A stretch of DNA of 34,631 nucleotides. Source: Pseudomonadota bacterium (GTDB lineage Bacteria; Pseudomonadota; Alphaproteobacteria; RF32; CAG-239). A program made the position numbers and the translations under genes. The stretch is from positions 1 to 34,631 of the forward strand of contig CAKJXZ020000016.1 of the NCBI GenBank assembly GCA_918234285.1. Direction: 5' to 3'. Each line of letters starts with the position of its first letter. Positions within the stretch are counted from its first letter, which is position 1. Positions 7,753-17,245 of this stretch are shown here, in pieces. The notes under the pieces are model-generated. The model was given only the letters and a program-made list of their open reading frames with translations, was not told where the DNA came from and made no database searches.

Positions 7753-8625
7753 TTACTTACTCCCGCTTCCGTTTGTCTTATACTTGCTCAACACATCAGC
7801 CCAACTTGAATAATTGATGCCGTTGTTTGAATATGGATTGCTGTTATATCCGCTATAACCGCCGGCTGCTGCACCTGCTGCGGCTGCATAAGGATTTCCG
7901 GTCATAGCACCGGCAATTCCGCCCTGAATGGCACCGGTCAAAGCACCGGTCCAACCGCCTTTTGCGTTGGCCAAAGCATTCTGATAATCAACGGCGGCCT
8001 TTCCGGCATCAACCGAAAAGATGTTTTGTTGATTTTCGTAGCTTGACGGCGAGCCGCTCATAGCATTAAATATTTGCTGCATCAATCCTTGCTGAGCATT
8101 ATTTGATGCCAATTGAGCATTTTCAATTGCCGACAAAGAGCTGTTGCCGAAATTACCGGCGGCAATTGCATCATTCAAAGATTGAGAATAGGCATTTTGG
8201 CCATTCAAAACGCTCTGATATGCTGCCTGATTTATTGCCTGATTTTTAGCATTTTCATAGTCAGTCATTGCACGTTGATACGCTTCCGATCCAACCGGCA
8301 AACCTTTATTGATTAAGCTTGTTTCCAAGTCGCTCTTTTCTTGCTCAAATTGCGGCTGCAAATAATTCATAACTGAATTGAATGTCGCTTCTTCCGCTCT
8401 CTGACGCGCTTCATCGCTCGCCTCAACGCTCAGCGTCCAATCTTCCGGATTGACTTCCGGCAAATACCAGTTTGAATTGTTCATCAAGTTTTTGCTCTGG
8501 TTTAATGCATAACTTGTCAAATTCCCCAATGTATTATCAACATTTGAAGTGTCAACACTCTTCAAATAGGCCGAATAGTTCTTATATGGGGTTGTATCCT
8601 GTTTTGGTTTCTTACTCTTACTCAT
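7753..8625 (-). CDS. Putative DNA ejection/pilot protein
   Basis: Gln/Asn/Ala-rich with C-terminal Gly/Ala hydrophobic segment; LINKGLPVGSEAYQRAM motif; synteny. Confidence 0.55.
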   Translation of the reverse strand: MSKSKKPKQDTTPYKNYSAYLKSVDTSNVDNTLGNLTSYALNQSKNLMNNSNWYLPEVNPEDWTLSVEASDEARQRAEEATFNSVMNYLQPQFEQEKSDLETSLINKGLPVGSEAYQRAMTDYENAKNQAINQAAYQSVLNGQNAYSQSLNDAIAAGNFGNSSLSAIENAQLASNNAQQGLMQQIFNAMSGSPSSYENQQNIFSVDAGKAAVDYQNALANAKGGWTGALTGAIQGGIAGAMTGNPYAAAAGAAAGGYSGYNSNPYSNNGINYSSWADVLSKYKTNGSGSK

Positions 8626-9050
8626 AGATATTTACACTCCTGCTTCAACATTCCTAAAACATAGCAATCTGTGCCATTTTCTCTATATTGCCGAAGTAAG
8701 CCCTCTTTTTTGAACCCAAGCCGCTCGCATAGGCTTAGGCTCGCGTGGTTATCTTTGCTTATAAAGACATTGCACCGTCTGCAATTCATTAACTCAAAGA
8801 CAATTTTAAACACATATTTAACGACTGATTTCGTGCACCACCGTTTATTTGTGCTATAAATCGTCAACCATACATCTAAATTATTACGCAAGTCATTCAA
8901 TATAATACCTGCTATCAATATATTGCCAAGCCACACGCCAATTGTCAAATTTGCGCCATAATCCGCCACATCGTCACCCAGTCCGTCACAAACCCACTTT
9001 AACACCTCGCCGGTGTCATCCGGTCTATAAGATACCACTTCCGATGTCAT
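8622..9050 (-). CDS. GNAT-family acetyltransferase-like protein (virion-gene associated)
   Basis: NHASLSLCERLGFKKEGLLRQ RimJ/RimL-type motif; start codon uncertain. Confidence 0.8.
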   Translation of the reverse strand: MTSEVVSYRPDDTGEVLKWVCDGLGDDVADYGANLTIGVWLGNILIAGIILNDLRNNLDVWLTIYSTNKRWCTKSVVKYVFKIVFELMNCRRCNVFISKDNHASLSLCERLGFKKEGLLRQYRENGTDCYVLGMLKQECKYL

Positions 9051-10602
9051 ATCGCATTTGCGTGTCGTACCACTCAATTCTGTTTCCTCTTGTTTTGGTT
9101 TTGAATACAATGCTGATGCTTGAACCGACAGCCGAGTTTGCAACCCATTGACTATTGATCAAAACAGCATCATAGTTGTTACTCCATTTATAATTCGCAT
9201 CAACTTCGGCGCTCAAATTACTCCATTTGGCCACGCCCCACAAACTACCGCCAACCGAACCGATACTTGTCACATAATTAACGTTTCGGCTTACAAAATC
9301 GGTGTTGGTATAAATAACCAATTGATATTTTGTAGAACACTTCGAGCGTGGATTGATTAAACTTACTCTTTTCAGCGCCGGCGTTCCCAAATTGGTATAA
9401 GCCTGTTCAATGGCGCCCTCAATCTCTGAGCCGTTGTCCGAATAGCCGTCATCCATTTTGAAAATGGTGTCATCCGAGCCAAAATAAAGATCATCCTCAA
9501 ACACACACCAAGAAAATGCCCGTAAATTTGTAAATCTGCACCATGCGCCGGTGTTGATATTGATGACATGTTGCTCAAACTGCTGCGCAACCGGCACATT
9601 AAACAGCGCAAAGCCTTTTTTGCTGAAAATAATGCTTTGCCAGCCGAATTTCTTTTTGAATTGCGTTGTTCTGTCAGAAACAAGCTCGCGAATGGTGTCG
9701 CTGAAAATGTTGCTTGTCTCGCCGGTATTGCTCACGCTGAGCATTTTGGCCAATGGCATATATCCATCCTCAGTGATCACAACGATATCGCCCTGATATT
9801 TCATGGTGCAACGGTATCCGATCGGCTTGGCGATGTGATAACTTCCTTTTAAGGTCCAATCAGAGGCATCGCTCGGATTGCTTCCGGAATAAATCAAAAC
9901 TTCCCCCTCAGAGGTGATAAATATTGTCAAATCATCAATACCTTGACCGCCGTCAAGCGTCCAGTTTGCCACCGCCACCAATTCACCGCCCAATTTTGAT
10001 ATTTGTGACAAATCAAGCGAATTTAAGGTGCCGGAAATGTTGCCGGCTCCACCGTACCAAACTTTTAAGGTGTTTTTTTCAACAAACCAAAGGCGCTCTT
10101 TGCTGACGGCTCCGGCAATGATGCGTGTTGCAGTCAATCCGGTACCGCTGAAACCCCAATCGGCAATATACTCATCGCCGTTGTCATCAATATAATAGGC
10201 TTTTGGCGTGTCCGCTCCATTCATAAAATACAAATAATTTTTATATTGTATTGTCTGGCATTCATTATTGGTCAGTGTAATTCCGGCGTATTCCGTACCG
10301 GCAGATGTTGAAGCATTATAAATTTTACCCTCATACACGGCAAGCATCCGGTTGTAATTTGGCTTTTTATAGGCCACCAACGTTCTGACGCCTCCGGCGC
10401 TTCCGCTCATTGCTTTATGCACAACATAACCATTGCGCAGCATAACCGATGAACCCAGCGGAAAATAATTATCCATTTTAATAGCATATTGTGCGCCCAT
10501 GGCACTAATGGCATCACGGGCGTTCAAACCTCCGACCGGCGCAGGAATGATCACATCATGACTTCTATTGCCTCTATTGACAGCTCTTATAGACGATAAC
10601 AT
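9025..10602 (-). CDS. Tail nozzle / packaged-DNA stabilisation protein (P22 gp10/T7 gp12-like role)
   Basis: Beta-rich ~525 aa, PAPVGGLNARD N-terminus, GGAGG RBS, position after the adaptor. Confidence 0.7.
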   Translation of the reverse strand: MLSSIRAVNRGNRSHDVIIPAPVGGLNARDAISAMGAQYAIKMDNYFPLGSSVMLRNGYVVHKAMSGSAGGVRTLVAYKKPNYNRMLAVYEGKIYNASTSAGTEYAGITLTNNECQTIQYKNYLYFMNGADTPKAYYIDDNGDEYIADWGFSGTGLTATRIIAGAVSKERLWFVEKNTLKVWYGGAGNISGTLNSLDLSQISKLGGELVAVANWTLDGGQGIDDLTIFITSEGEVLIYSGSNPSDASDWTLKGSYHIAKPIGYRCTMKYQGDIVVITEDGYMPLAKMLSVSNTGETSNIFSDTIRELVSDRTTQFKKKFGWQSIIFSKKGFALFNVPVAQQFEQHVININTGAWCRFTNLRAFSWCVFEDDLYFGSDDTIFKMDDGYSDNGSEIEGAIEQAYTNLGTPALKRVSLINPRSKCSTKYQLVIYTNTDFVSRNVNYVTSIGSVGGSLWGVAKWSNLSAEVDANYKWSNNYDAVLINSQWVANSAVGSSISIVFKTKTRGNRIEWYDTQMRYDIGSGIL

Positions 10603-11284
10603 TTGCAACCTCCGCGCAATCATCAAGCACCGGTCCGGCCAAATTGATGTCTCTTGTGGCCAAACTTTCGCCGAACCGCTTTTTTAATTCCTTTTCATAT
10701 TCATTGTATTCTTCGGTATAATCCAAGCCGGTACGCTTGAGCCAGCGCCACAAAATACCGAGTTTTACCAGATATTCATCAAAAATCGGCACATCATCAT
10801 TGGCAGTTAAAGCGCTTTTTTCCGTAAAAGTATTATAATCCCAAACAATACCATTTGAGCGATACTGAAAAATAAATTTATAGCAATGCGGTGGATTTAA
10901 GAACCGGATCACATTATTTTGGATTTTAAATTTGATATCCAAGCTCGGACAATTAAACATTTTCTCGCGCGTCCATTGCTCAGGCGTTATTGCTCCGATA
11001 ACTCTTTCGCTACTGTCTTTGATGTAAATTGTATTTGGCAGCAAACAATAAAAATCCGGCACAAAATTATCAATAGGATAGTTTGAATTTCCGCAGGTTG
11101 TCCAAAACTCGGCTTCTTTGGTTAATTCCTGCCAATTACCATAACGCAACAGACTTTCAAGCTCCGATTTTGCTACACTGAGCCAAATTTGACTATTTAA
11201 GTCATCACTTGCAAATAAATCTGTCGGTCTTTGCACGGCTGCCAAATCCGCCACCTCACGACATATTTCAAGAATTGTTTTCAT
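10574..11284 (-). CDS. Head-tail adaptor protein
   Basis: MKTILEIC..., LVKLGILWRWLKRTGLDY motif, GGAGG RBS, synteny. Confidence 0.65.
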   Translation of the reverse strand: MKTILEICREVADLAAVQRPTDLFASDDLNSQIWLSVAKSELESLLRYGNWQELTKEAEFWTTCGNSNYPIDNFVPDFYCLLPNTIYIKDSSERVIGAITPEQWTREKMFNCPSLDIKFKIQNNVIRFLNPPHCYKFIFQYRSNGIVWDYNTFTEKSALTANDDVPIFDEYLVKLGILWRWLKRTGLDYTEEYNEYEKELKKRFGESLATRDINLAGPVLDDCAEVANVIVYKSCQ

Positions 11285-11293
11285 AAGCACCTC

Positions 11294-12010
11294 CTAAGCT
11301 TGGTCAATATAAATAACTTTTACATATCCGGCATTTCCGGCAACTTCCACATTTGCGGAATCTTTATGCGCACCGGCATAACCGCCTTTTCCATGTGAAC
11401 CATATACAGCAGCACCGCCCGATGCGGTGGCGTCATACGTTCCGGATGCTGTGCTGCCACCGTTTCCGGCAGTATTTAATGTTGTTGATGTTCTTGTGTA
11501 TGTCAGAGTTGGTGCACTTCCTGCTGATCCTCCGGTTTTTCCGCCGCCACTCTCAACGCTTCCACCGCCGCCGCCATAAGCATACGATGTGCCAAATCTC
11601 GAATTTCCACCGGTTCCGCCGGTTTGATTACTATAACCCATGCCGCCATTTTTCGCATGGCTTGCACCGCCTGAGCCAACCGCAACCGCATAATTGCCTG
11701 CCGACAAATTAAAAACGCAATTAAAGCCGGAGCCCGAACCGCCACCGGCAGAAATAGCGCCACCTTGAGCGGTTCTGTAACTCGCAGCGCCACCGCCACC
11801 GCCGCCAATGCAAATCACCTGATATAAGCCCTCCGGCAAGCTCAAAGTTGTTGATGCGCCACCGGTTGAGCTTTCATAAATAACCGTGTTAGGCTCATAC
11901 GGGTGCAAATTCCACACCAGAGTTGAGCCCTGATAAACACGCTTTATTCTATTTGAACCGGCGTATATTCTTTTAATCAAATTTGAGCCGTGATAACACT
12001 TTTCAACCAT
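11294..12010 (-). CDS. Glycine-rich adhesin / tail fibre tip protein
   Basis: Three Y-x-G-S-N/T repeats at the N-terminus, then CIGGGGGG...GGGSGS...GYVKV glycine-rich domain. Confidence 0.65.
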   Translation of the reverse strand: MVEKCYHGSNLIKRIYAGSNRIKRVYQGSTLVWNLHPYEPNTVIYESSTGGASTTLSLPEGLYQVICIGGGGGGAASYRTAQGGAISAGGGSGSGFNCVFNLSAGNYAVAVGSGGASHAKNGGMGYSNQTGGTGGNSRFGTSYAYGGGGGSVESGGGKTGGSAGSAPTLTYTRTSTTLNTAGNGGSTASGTYDATASGGAAVYGSHGKGGYAGAHKDSANVEVAGNAGYVKVIYIDQA

Positions 12011-12012
12011 AA

Positions 12013-12471
12013 TTAACCCTTTACAAAATAAAATGTGTTTGCATTTGGTGATGCTGGCAAAGAATTAACCACAACAAATTTGTTGTTTACATAAGCCGTT
12101 GACGCTGATTTCGTTGAATTATCCGAATTTGCTACTGTTGGCACGACCGGACTTGATGAAAATGTCTTTGTATCGGCAATTGTTTGGTTGCCGCTCAGTT
12201 TAACGCAGGCGCCCGAGAGCGTTTCAAGCTGGCCTTTATTAACGGCGTCACCGTTTGCCGATCCATCTGTCACATTTTGGATTTTATGGCTTGCCATATT
12301 CAAAGCGCCAGTCATAGCAGATGAACCGCTACGCAATACAGCATTACTCAAACCACCGGCCACATCATTAAAATTGGCGTCCATTTTAGCACTATCAATA
12401 GAAATGTTGTTAATTCTGTCCTGTTCAAAACTGTTTAAGATTGTAAATGTACCTGATCCATCGTATGGCAT
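12013..12471 (-). CDS. Short tail fibre / fibre anchor protein
   Basis: MPYDGSGTF N-terminus, MTGALNMASHKIQNVTDG..DAVNKGQL and QTIADTKTFSSSP fibre repeats; GGAGG RBS. Confidence 0.7.
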   Translation of the reverse strand: MPYDGSGTFTILNSFEQDRINNISIDSAKMDANFNDVAGGLSNAVLRSGSSAMTGALNMASHKIQNVTDGSANGDAVNKGQLETLSGACVKLSGNQTIADTKTFSSSPVVPTVANSDNSTKSASTAYVNNKFVVVNSLPASPNANTFYFVKG

Positions 12472-12506
12472 ATAAACCTCCTTACATTATTTTTATATCT
12501 ACCCGA

Positions 12507-12536
12507 ATTTTAGCACTGCAACATTCCGGCTGTCAA
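12507..12536 (-). promoter_or_regulatory. Sigma70-like promoter of tail module
   Basis: TTGACA-N18-TAAAAT with TGn extension. Confidence 0.6.
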
Positions 12537-12546
12537 AAAACGGCAT

Positions 12547-12581
12547 AAAACAATGGCGGCAGAAAAAATCTGCCACCACTG
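12547..12581 (-). terminator. Intrinsic terminator after head module
   Basis: CAGTGGTGGCAGA-TTTTT-TCTGCCGCCATTG-TTTT, 13 bp with two G-U pairs on the minus strand. Confidence 0.7.
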
Positions 12582-12621
12582 CCAAGGAAAAAAATATGAA
12601 AAAACAAAATATAATGATATG

Positions 12622-13218
12622 TTACTCCCCATCAGCCTCTTTTGTCGTCTTTGTTGCCTTTTTTGCCGCTCTCAAATCCTTAATCTGCTCTTTCAGACTT
12701 GAAATTTCGTCCTTTAAGCTTTCAATTTCTTCAAGATACTCTTTTTCTTTTTTCTCAAATTCATCAATGATTTTGTTGTTTTTGTTCATGGCCAAAAATT
12801 TCTTGGCTGCTTCACATTCGTTGTTTAAGTTGAGCATATTTATCTGGTCTTCTGGCATTTCCACCAATTTTTCAATAGTGTAAACGCCGCAAAACTTGCA
12901 CGCTTCAATCTGCTCTGCGCTCAAAAAAGCAAATTGATTGATCGGCGTGCCTCCGGTTTGTATTTCTTTTTTACCCATCATATAACGGTTATATTCAATA
13001 GCAAAGCGCTGTTTATATTCATTTCCTGCCGGCTGGTCAAATACATCCGAATTGTCTTTTGTTCTTATTCTGACATAGGTCCGTGTCTTAAAAACCGGAA
13101 GCCCTTTGTCGTTTACTTCGTCAGATTTTATCACTTTATCATAAAACTCGGCAACAACTCCGCTTTCCGAACATCTATTGTTGTTAAAAGTTTGTTGAAA
13201 CATACCATATTCATTCAT
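12622..13218 (-). CDS. Hypothetical phage protein (post-capsid, C-terminal coiled coil)
   Basis: 198-aa ORF with AAGGA RBS; GTPINQFAFLS...GVYTIEKL motif. Confidence 0.65.
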   Translation of the reverse strand: MNEYGMFQQTFNNNRCSESGVVAEFYDKVIKSDEVNDKGLPVFKTRTYVRIRTKDNSDVFDQPAGNEYKQRFAIEYNRYMMGKKEIQTGGTPINQFAFLSAEQIEACKFCGVYTIEKLVEMPEDQINMLNLNNECEAAKKFLAMNKNNKIIDEFEKKEKEYLEEIESLKDEISSLKEQIKDLRAAKKATKTTKEADGE

Positions 13219-13238
13219 TTTATATTATCCTTTCCTTT

Positions 13239-13271
13239 AAAAAAAAGGGCAGTGCAGGTCATACACTGCCC
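13239..13271 (-). terminator. Intrinsic terminator after major capsid gene
   Basis: GGGCAGTG-N9-CACTGCCC followed by T8 on the minus strand. Confidence 0.85.
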
Positions 13272-13279
13272 CGAATATA

Positions 13280-14269
13280 CTAGCTGCTTGAGCCAGTGTC
13301 AGCATTGACAAGAACACCTTGCAAGCTGGCATTACTTGTGGTCAAGTTTCCGGCCCAGCCAATCAAACGATACAAAGCATCTTGATTGACTGCCATTCTA
13401 TCACCATTGATTACTTTCATATCGCGATCCTTATGGGTGCGCAGATAAATATAATCAGTGTTCAAGAAATACATGTGGCCATCAGGGCAAGCACCGCCTT
13501 GACCGCCGTCAAAAATAACGTCAGCGCCTTTATATTTCAACGATACAAAGCCGGCATTTGCTACATCCGGATTGGTGAAACGTTGAAGATCAGACAGGCT
13601 TTCATTATACAATGAATACATATCATTGTCAGCCACAATCAAATCCGGCTTATCAACACCGCGGCAGCATTTCAAATAAAGAGCATCCATTTCTTTGCGG
13701 ATTGTATCTTTAGTCAATGCCGTGTCCATAACTTTGGACTGGTTGCGCCAGAATGCATTGCCGGAGGTTGCACGATTGATGTTGCCGACTGTGCCGGTTG
13801 TCGGATCATCAGCAACAAGCAATTTCAAACCACCGATTTCCTTACCGGATGAACCGGTACCGTCAGAATACAAAGCGGCAGAAAGTTTATTTTTCATGGT
13901 CTTAATGCCGTTCTTGTAGCGTTTTTCAAACAAATCAAGAATTTGCTCTTTTCCGCTGTTTTGCAGTTGCTCTTCACCGGAAATAGCAATCGGCACTGCA
14001 CATAATTTCATCGGAAATTCGGCAGCGGTGAACAATTCTTTTGGTGAATAGTTAATAGCCTGAAAACCATTATACCAAATCAAATCACCCTCGCCATATT
14101 CCAGTTCTTCCAGAATTTTGGTACCACCGGAAAACGGCTTCATTTTGCCTTTTTTATCAAGGCGGTTTAACAAAGCGATGTTCTTTGTTACGTTGTCTTT
14201 AAGCTCCCTCGAAAAATTCGCAAGCGTAGTCGTCAGAAGCGTATCATAATTAGAATTTGGACTTGTCAT
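13280..14269 (-). CDS. Major capsid protein
   Basis: TTTLANFSRELKDNVTKNIALLNRL...FSGGTKI...Y and PDLIVAD motifs; follows scaffold; strong RBS and terminator. Confidence 0.88.
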   Translation of the reverse strand: MTSPNSNYDTLLTTTLANFSRELKDNVTKNIALLNRLDKKGKMKPFSGGTKILEELEYGEGDLIWYNGFQAINYSPKELFTAAEFPMKLCAVPIAISGEEQLQNSGKEQILDLFEKRYKNGIKTMKNKLSAALYSDGTGSSGKEIGGLKLLVADDPTTGTVGNINRATSGNAFWRNQSKVMDTALTKDTIRKEMDALYLKCCRGVDKPDLIVADNDMYSLYNESLSDLQRFTNPDVANAGFVSLKYKGADVIFDGGQGGACPDGHMYFLNTDYIYLRTHKDRDMKVINGDRMAVNQDALYRLIGWAGNLTTSNASLQGVLVNADTGSSS

Positions 14270-14283
14270 GTTAAATACTCCTT

Positions 14284-15156
14284 TTATTCAATACCCAATT
14301 CATCATACGTTTTTGCCAACGCCTCACGCAGTGTTAATTCTTTTTCAGGTGCAACGGCTTTTGACTGCGGTGTAAATCCGGCATCTTTTGCCTTTGCTGC
14401 TGCTTGAGCTCTTGCATCCAAATCAGCCTTGTTTTGAGCCTCAATCAGTTTTTTGCGGACATTTTCATCCGACCATACACATTGATTGTATGCTTCATCA
14501 AGTGATCTGCACGCGCCGCTATCCATCAAAACACCCATTCTTTCACGGACTTCGTTATAATACGGATATTTTGGATTGCCTGCAGCATCTTTTGCCGACA
14601 GAAAACTTGCAATTTCACGTTGCATCAGGGATTCCTGAAACATCTGATTTAATCTTTGCAATTGTCGCTCCTGAGCATTAACACGATACGTTAATTCATC
14701 GGCATTATTGTTTTGCGGCGCAACATTGTTTTCCCAGCCATAAATTTGCCCGATTTCCTTTTGAATTTCGGCAGGATTATAAAAAAGACCGTCATCAAGA
14801 AGCGCCAAAAAGTTTGCATATTGCTTTGGCGATGTAATTCCCATCTTTTTCAGTCTCTCTGCGCGACTGTTAAAGGCGTCATCAATAAATTTGTAGCCGT
14901 TCAACTTATTGCCCAAATCAGAAAAACCTTTTTCCACCTGCTTTTCTCGGTTGATGATCTGCATCCGAGCGTCAAGCGGCAGCTCTTTAAATTTTTCTTT
15001 CCATTCTTTCGCGTATGCTGCCGGAGCGTCCAGATACTCATCAACTTCTGCAGGTGTTGACGGCGTCTGTTCTTCTGCACCATTCACTTCTTGCGTCTCG
15101 CTTTGTTTTTCAACCGAAGCAAGCTGCTGTTCCAATTCGTCTCTTAATTCCGACAT
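14284..15156 (-). CDS. Capsid scaffolding protein
   Basis: Acidic helical protein, SLDEAYNQCVW motif, immediately upstream of capsid gene. Confidence 0.7.
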   Translation of the reverse strand: MSELRDELEQQLASVEKQSETQEVNGAEEQTPSTPAEVDEYLDAPAAYAKEWKEKFKELPLDARMQIINREKQVEKGFSDLGNKLNGYKFIDDAFNSRAERLKKMGITSPKQYANFLALLDDGLFYNPAEIQKEIGQIYGWENNVAPQNNNADELTYRVNAQERQLQRLNQMFQESLMQREIASFLSAKDAAGNPKYPYYNEVRERMGVLMDSGACRSLDEAYNQCVWSDENVRKKLIEAQNKADLDARAQAAAKAKDAGFTPQSKAVAPEKELTLREALAKTYDELGIE

Positions 15157-15362
15157 TTTTTACTCCAAACTATTTTTTTGTAGGCTTGAACGAAGTTGAG
15201 AAAAGCCTCATCTTTTTCAGCCTTTTCCAAATTGTAGCGAATATTCTGCATGCATTGATCAGAATAATCACTCGCTACGGTTATATTAGCAGATTTCATA
15301 TATTTTTCAAATTCTGCCAAACTGTCCACTTCACGCCCGTCAGGCAATTTGTAACTACTCAT
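15144..15362 (-). CDS. Small hypothetical head-module protein
   Basis: 72 aa, overlaps the portal stop and the scaffold start. Confidence 0.55.
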   Translation of the reverse strand: MSSYKLPDGREVDSLAEFEKYMKSANITVASDYSDQCMQNIRYNLEKAEKDEAFLNFVQAYKKIVWSKKCRN

Positions 15363-17245
15363 TAAGGCGCTCCCACTAATCCGGTTGAAATATTTTCATT
15401 GGTGCTGCCTTTTACGGCCAATTCTGCCTCTTTGAGCGCAAATTGCCGATTCATTTCTTTGTTTGTCAGCAACAATTTCTCTTTATCCACTTGGTTTTTG
15501 AGCATTACCTCATTGCGCTTGATTGCGTTCTGTTCTTGCTTGATGGCCAAATCGTTGGCGTTCTTTTGTGCCTGCAGCTGGTTTTTAGCCATTTCATTCT
15601 TGACTTTCAAAATATCCTCTTGCTGCTGTTCATCCGGCTCATCCGGTGCGGCCAACTCAATACCGATCTTATTGAATACTTCATCAATTACCGGTTCAAA
15701 TTGCCGTGTATTCGGCAACGTTGAAACAACACTTTGTGTCAATTGCTTATAAAGCGGCAATAAACTCGGTTGAGCGCTCACAAATTGAAACGAACGCGCC
15801 ACCAATTCATTGATGATTTTAACGGCCTCAAGCGTGGTTTCTTGCGTATTATCCTGCTTAAACCCCGTGTCTGTTTCAATGCCGATGCACAAATCACGCG
15901 TTTTATTTTCTCTTAACAGCATGATTGCGTTTTTCTTGGTTTCATCATCCGCATCATTATCCGCAAACCGGTACAATGTTTCATTCTGAAACAGCTCACA
16001 AATCATTTCAGCCTTAATTTTCAACAAATCAGTGATGAAGCGCTGCATGTCGTTTTGGCGGTCCTGATTTCTCAGCGTGCCAAAATTGGTCTTTTTCATC
16101 ACGGCGGTGGCGGTCTCATTCGGATCACTGCTGCCGCGCATAATATCAGAAACACCGGTGATTTCATAAATCGTTTGCGTCAATTGCGCCCTGCGTTCGG
16201 ATAATCCTTGCAGCGCGTCAATATACTGGCCAATCGGCATAAAGTCCACAATTCCGGCAAGTCCGCCTTTTTCCTTTAATTTGGTAAAATCAGACACCGA
16301 AAGCAGCGTCACATCCTTGTCGAGAATGTTGGCAAGCTCCGGAAAGCTGTTGTCATAACAGCCGGAAACCTTGAGCGCCTGCATTGTCAAACGCATCCGG
16401 TTGTTGACGCCGTCCAACTCATCCAAAAGGCTCTTAATTTCCACATAATCCGGCACCGGAATGAGGCTGTCATTTGTCAGCGTGCTATAAATCGGTTTTG
16501 GCATCGGATAACCGCTCACCAAATCCGGCATTTCCTTAATTTTCAGAATTCTATCGTTAAAATCTTGGCAAATATACAAGACTTTTTTGCCGATTTTATC
16601 CCAAATTTCATAAACACGCGTGTTTTTGTTCTCTTCTTCCTTTTCAGGATCAATATACGCCTGCAAATCTTCACCGAATTGCGCCACAACTTCCTGCTTT
16701 GTCATATTGACCACACGGGCCACCCATGTGCAATTTTCCCAAATACCGACTTTTTCGCTATCGGCGATAAAATCCACCGGATCAATATACACGGTCTCAA
16801 TTTTCTCACTGTCCAACAAATCAGCGGTTTTTCCGGTTTCATCAACCGCGATTTTCTTGAATGTCGGTGTGTATTTTTCCAATAAAATACCGCAACCGGA
16901 CAATAAATAATCGTTACGGGCATATTTTATGGCGCTATCAAAGTCAAATTGTTCCAAATCCCATTCAAGCGCCTTTTCCAAAATAGATGCGGCCACGCGC
17001 TCAACATCGTTGCTGGTCTTGGATTTTCGCTCGACATACACCTTTGGCGCTTTGAAATACAAAAACGGCTTCAACGTCTCAATTGAAGACCAAAACAAAT
17101 TCGATTTATTCTTTTTGCGCTCATTACGATAATATTCGCGAATTTCTTTGATTAAGTCGTGATAATCTGCATAATCCTTTTCGGCTTTGCTTATTCTTCT
17201 TAACCACTTGTCATATTCTTCTTTTTCATTATTATCAATCATCAA
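15362..17245 (-). CDS. Portal protein
   Basis: 627 aa after terminase; NLFWSSIETLKP, IYEITGVSDIMRG..ETATA motifs; C-terminal coiled coil. Confidence 0.85.
   Translation of the reverse strand: MMIDNNEKEEYDKWLRRISKAEKDYADYHDLIKEIREYYRNERKKNKSNLFWSSIETLKPFLYFKAPKVYVERKSKTSNDVERVAASILEKALEWDLEQFDFDSAIKYARNDYLLSGCGILLEKYTPTFKKIAVDETGKTADLLDSEKIETVYIDPVDFIADSEKVGIWENCTWVARVVNMTKQEVVAQFGEDLQAYIDPEKEEENKNTRVYEIWDKIGKKVLYICQDFNDRILKIKEMPDLVSGYPMPKPIYSTLTNDSLIPVPDYVEIKSLLDELDGVNNRMRLTMQALKVSGCYDNSFPELANILDKDVTLLSVSDFTKLKEKGGLAGIVDFMPIGQYIDALQGLSERRAQLTQTIYEITGVSDIMRGSSDPNETATAVMKKTNFGTLRNQDRQNDMQRFITDLLKIKAEMICELFQNETLYRFADNDADDETKKNAIMLLRENKTRDLCIGIETDTGFKQDNTQETTLEAVKIINELVARSFQFVSAQPSLLPLYKQLTQSVVSTLPNTRQFEPVIDEVFNKIGIELAAPDEPDEQQQEDILKVKNEMAKNQLQAQKNANDLAIKQEQNAIKRNEVMLKNQVDKEKLLLTNKEMNRQFALKEAELAVKGSTNENISTGLVGAP

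Noticed and set aside
11294-12471. Diversity-generating retroelement or invertible tail locus
   Set aside because: No reverse transcriptase, no TR/VR pair, no invertase or flanking inverted repeats seen.
12596-12883. Antisense ORF with a good RBS
   Set aside because: The product is the hydrophobic mirror of a Lys/Glu coiled coil on the opposite strand, with no promoter evidence. Kept only as an alternative in a finding.
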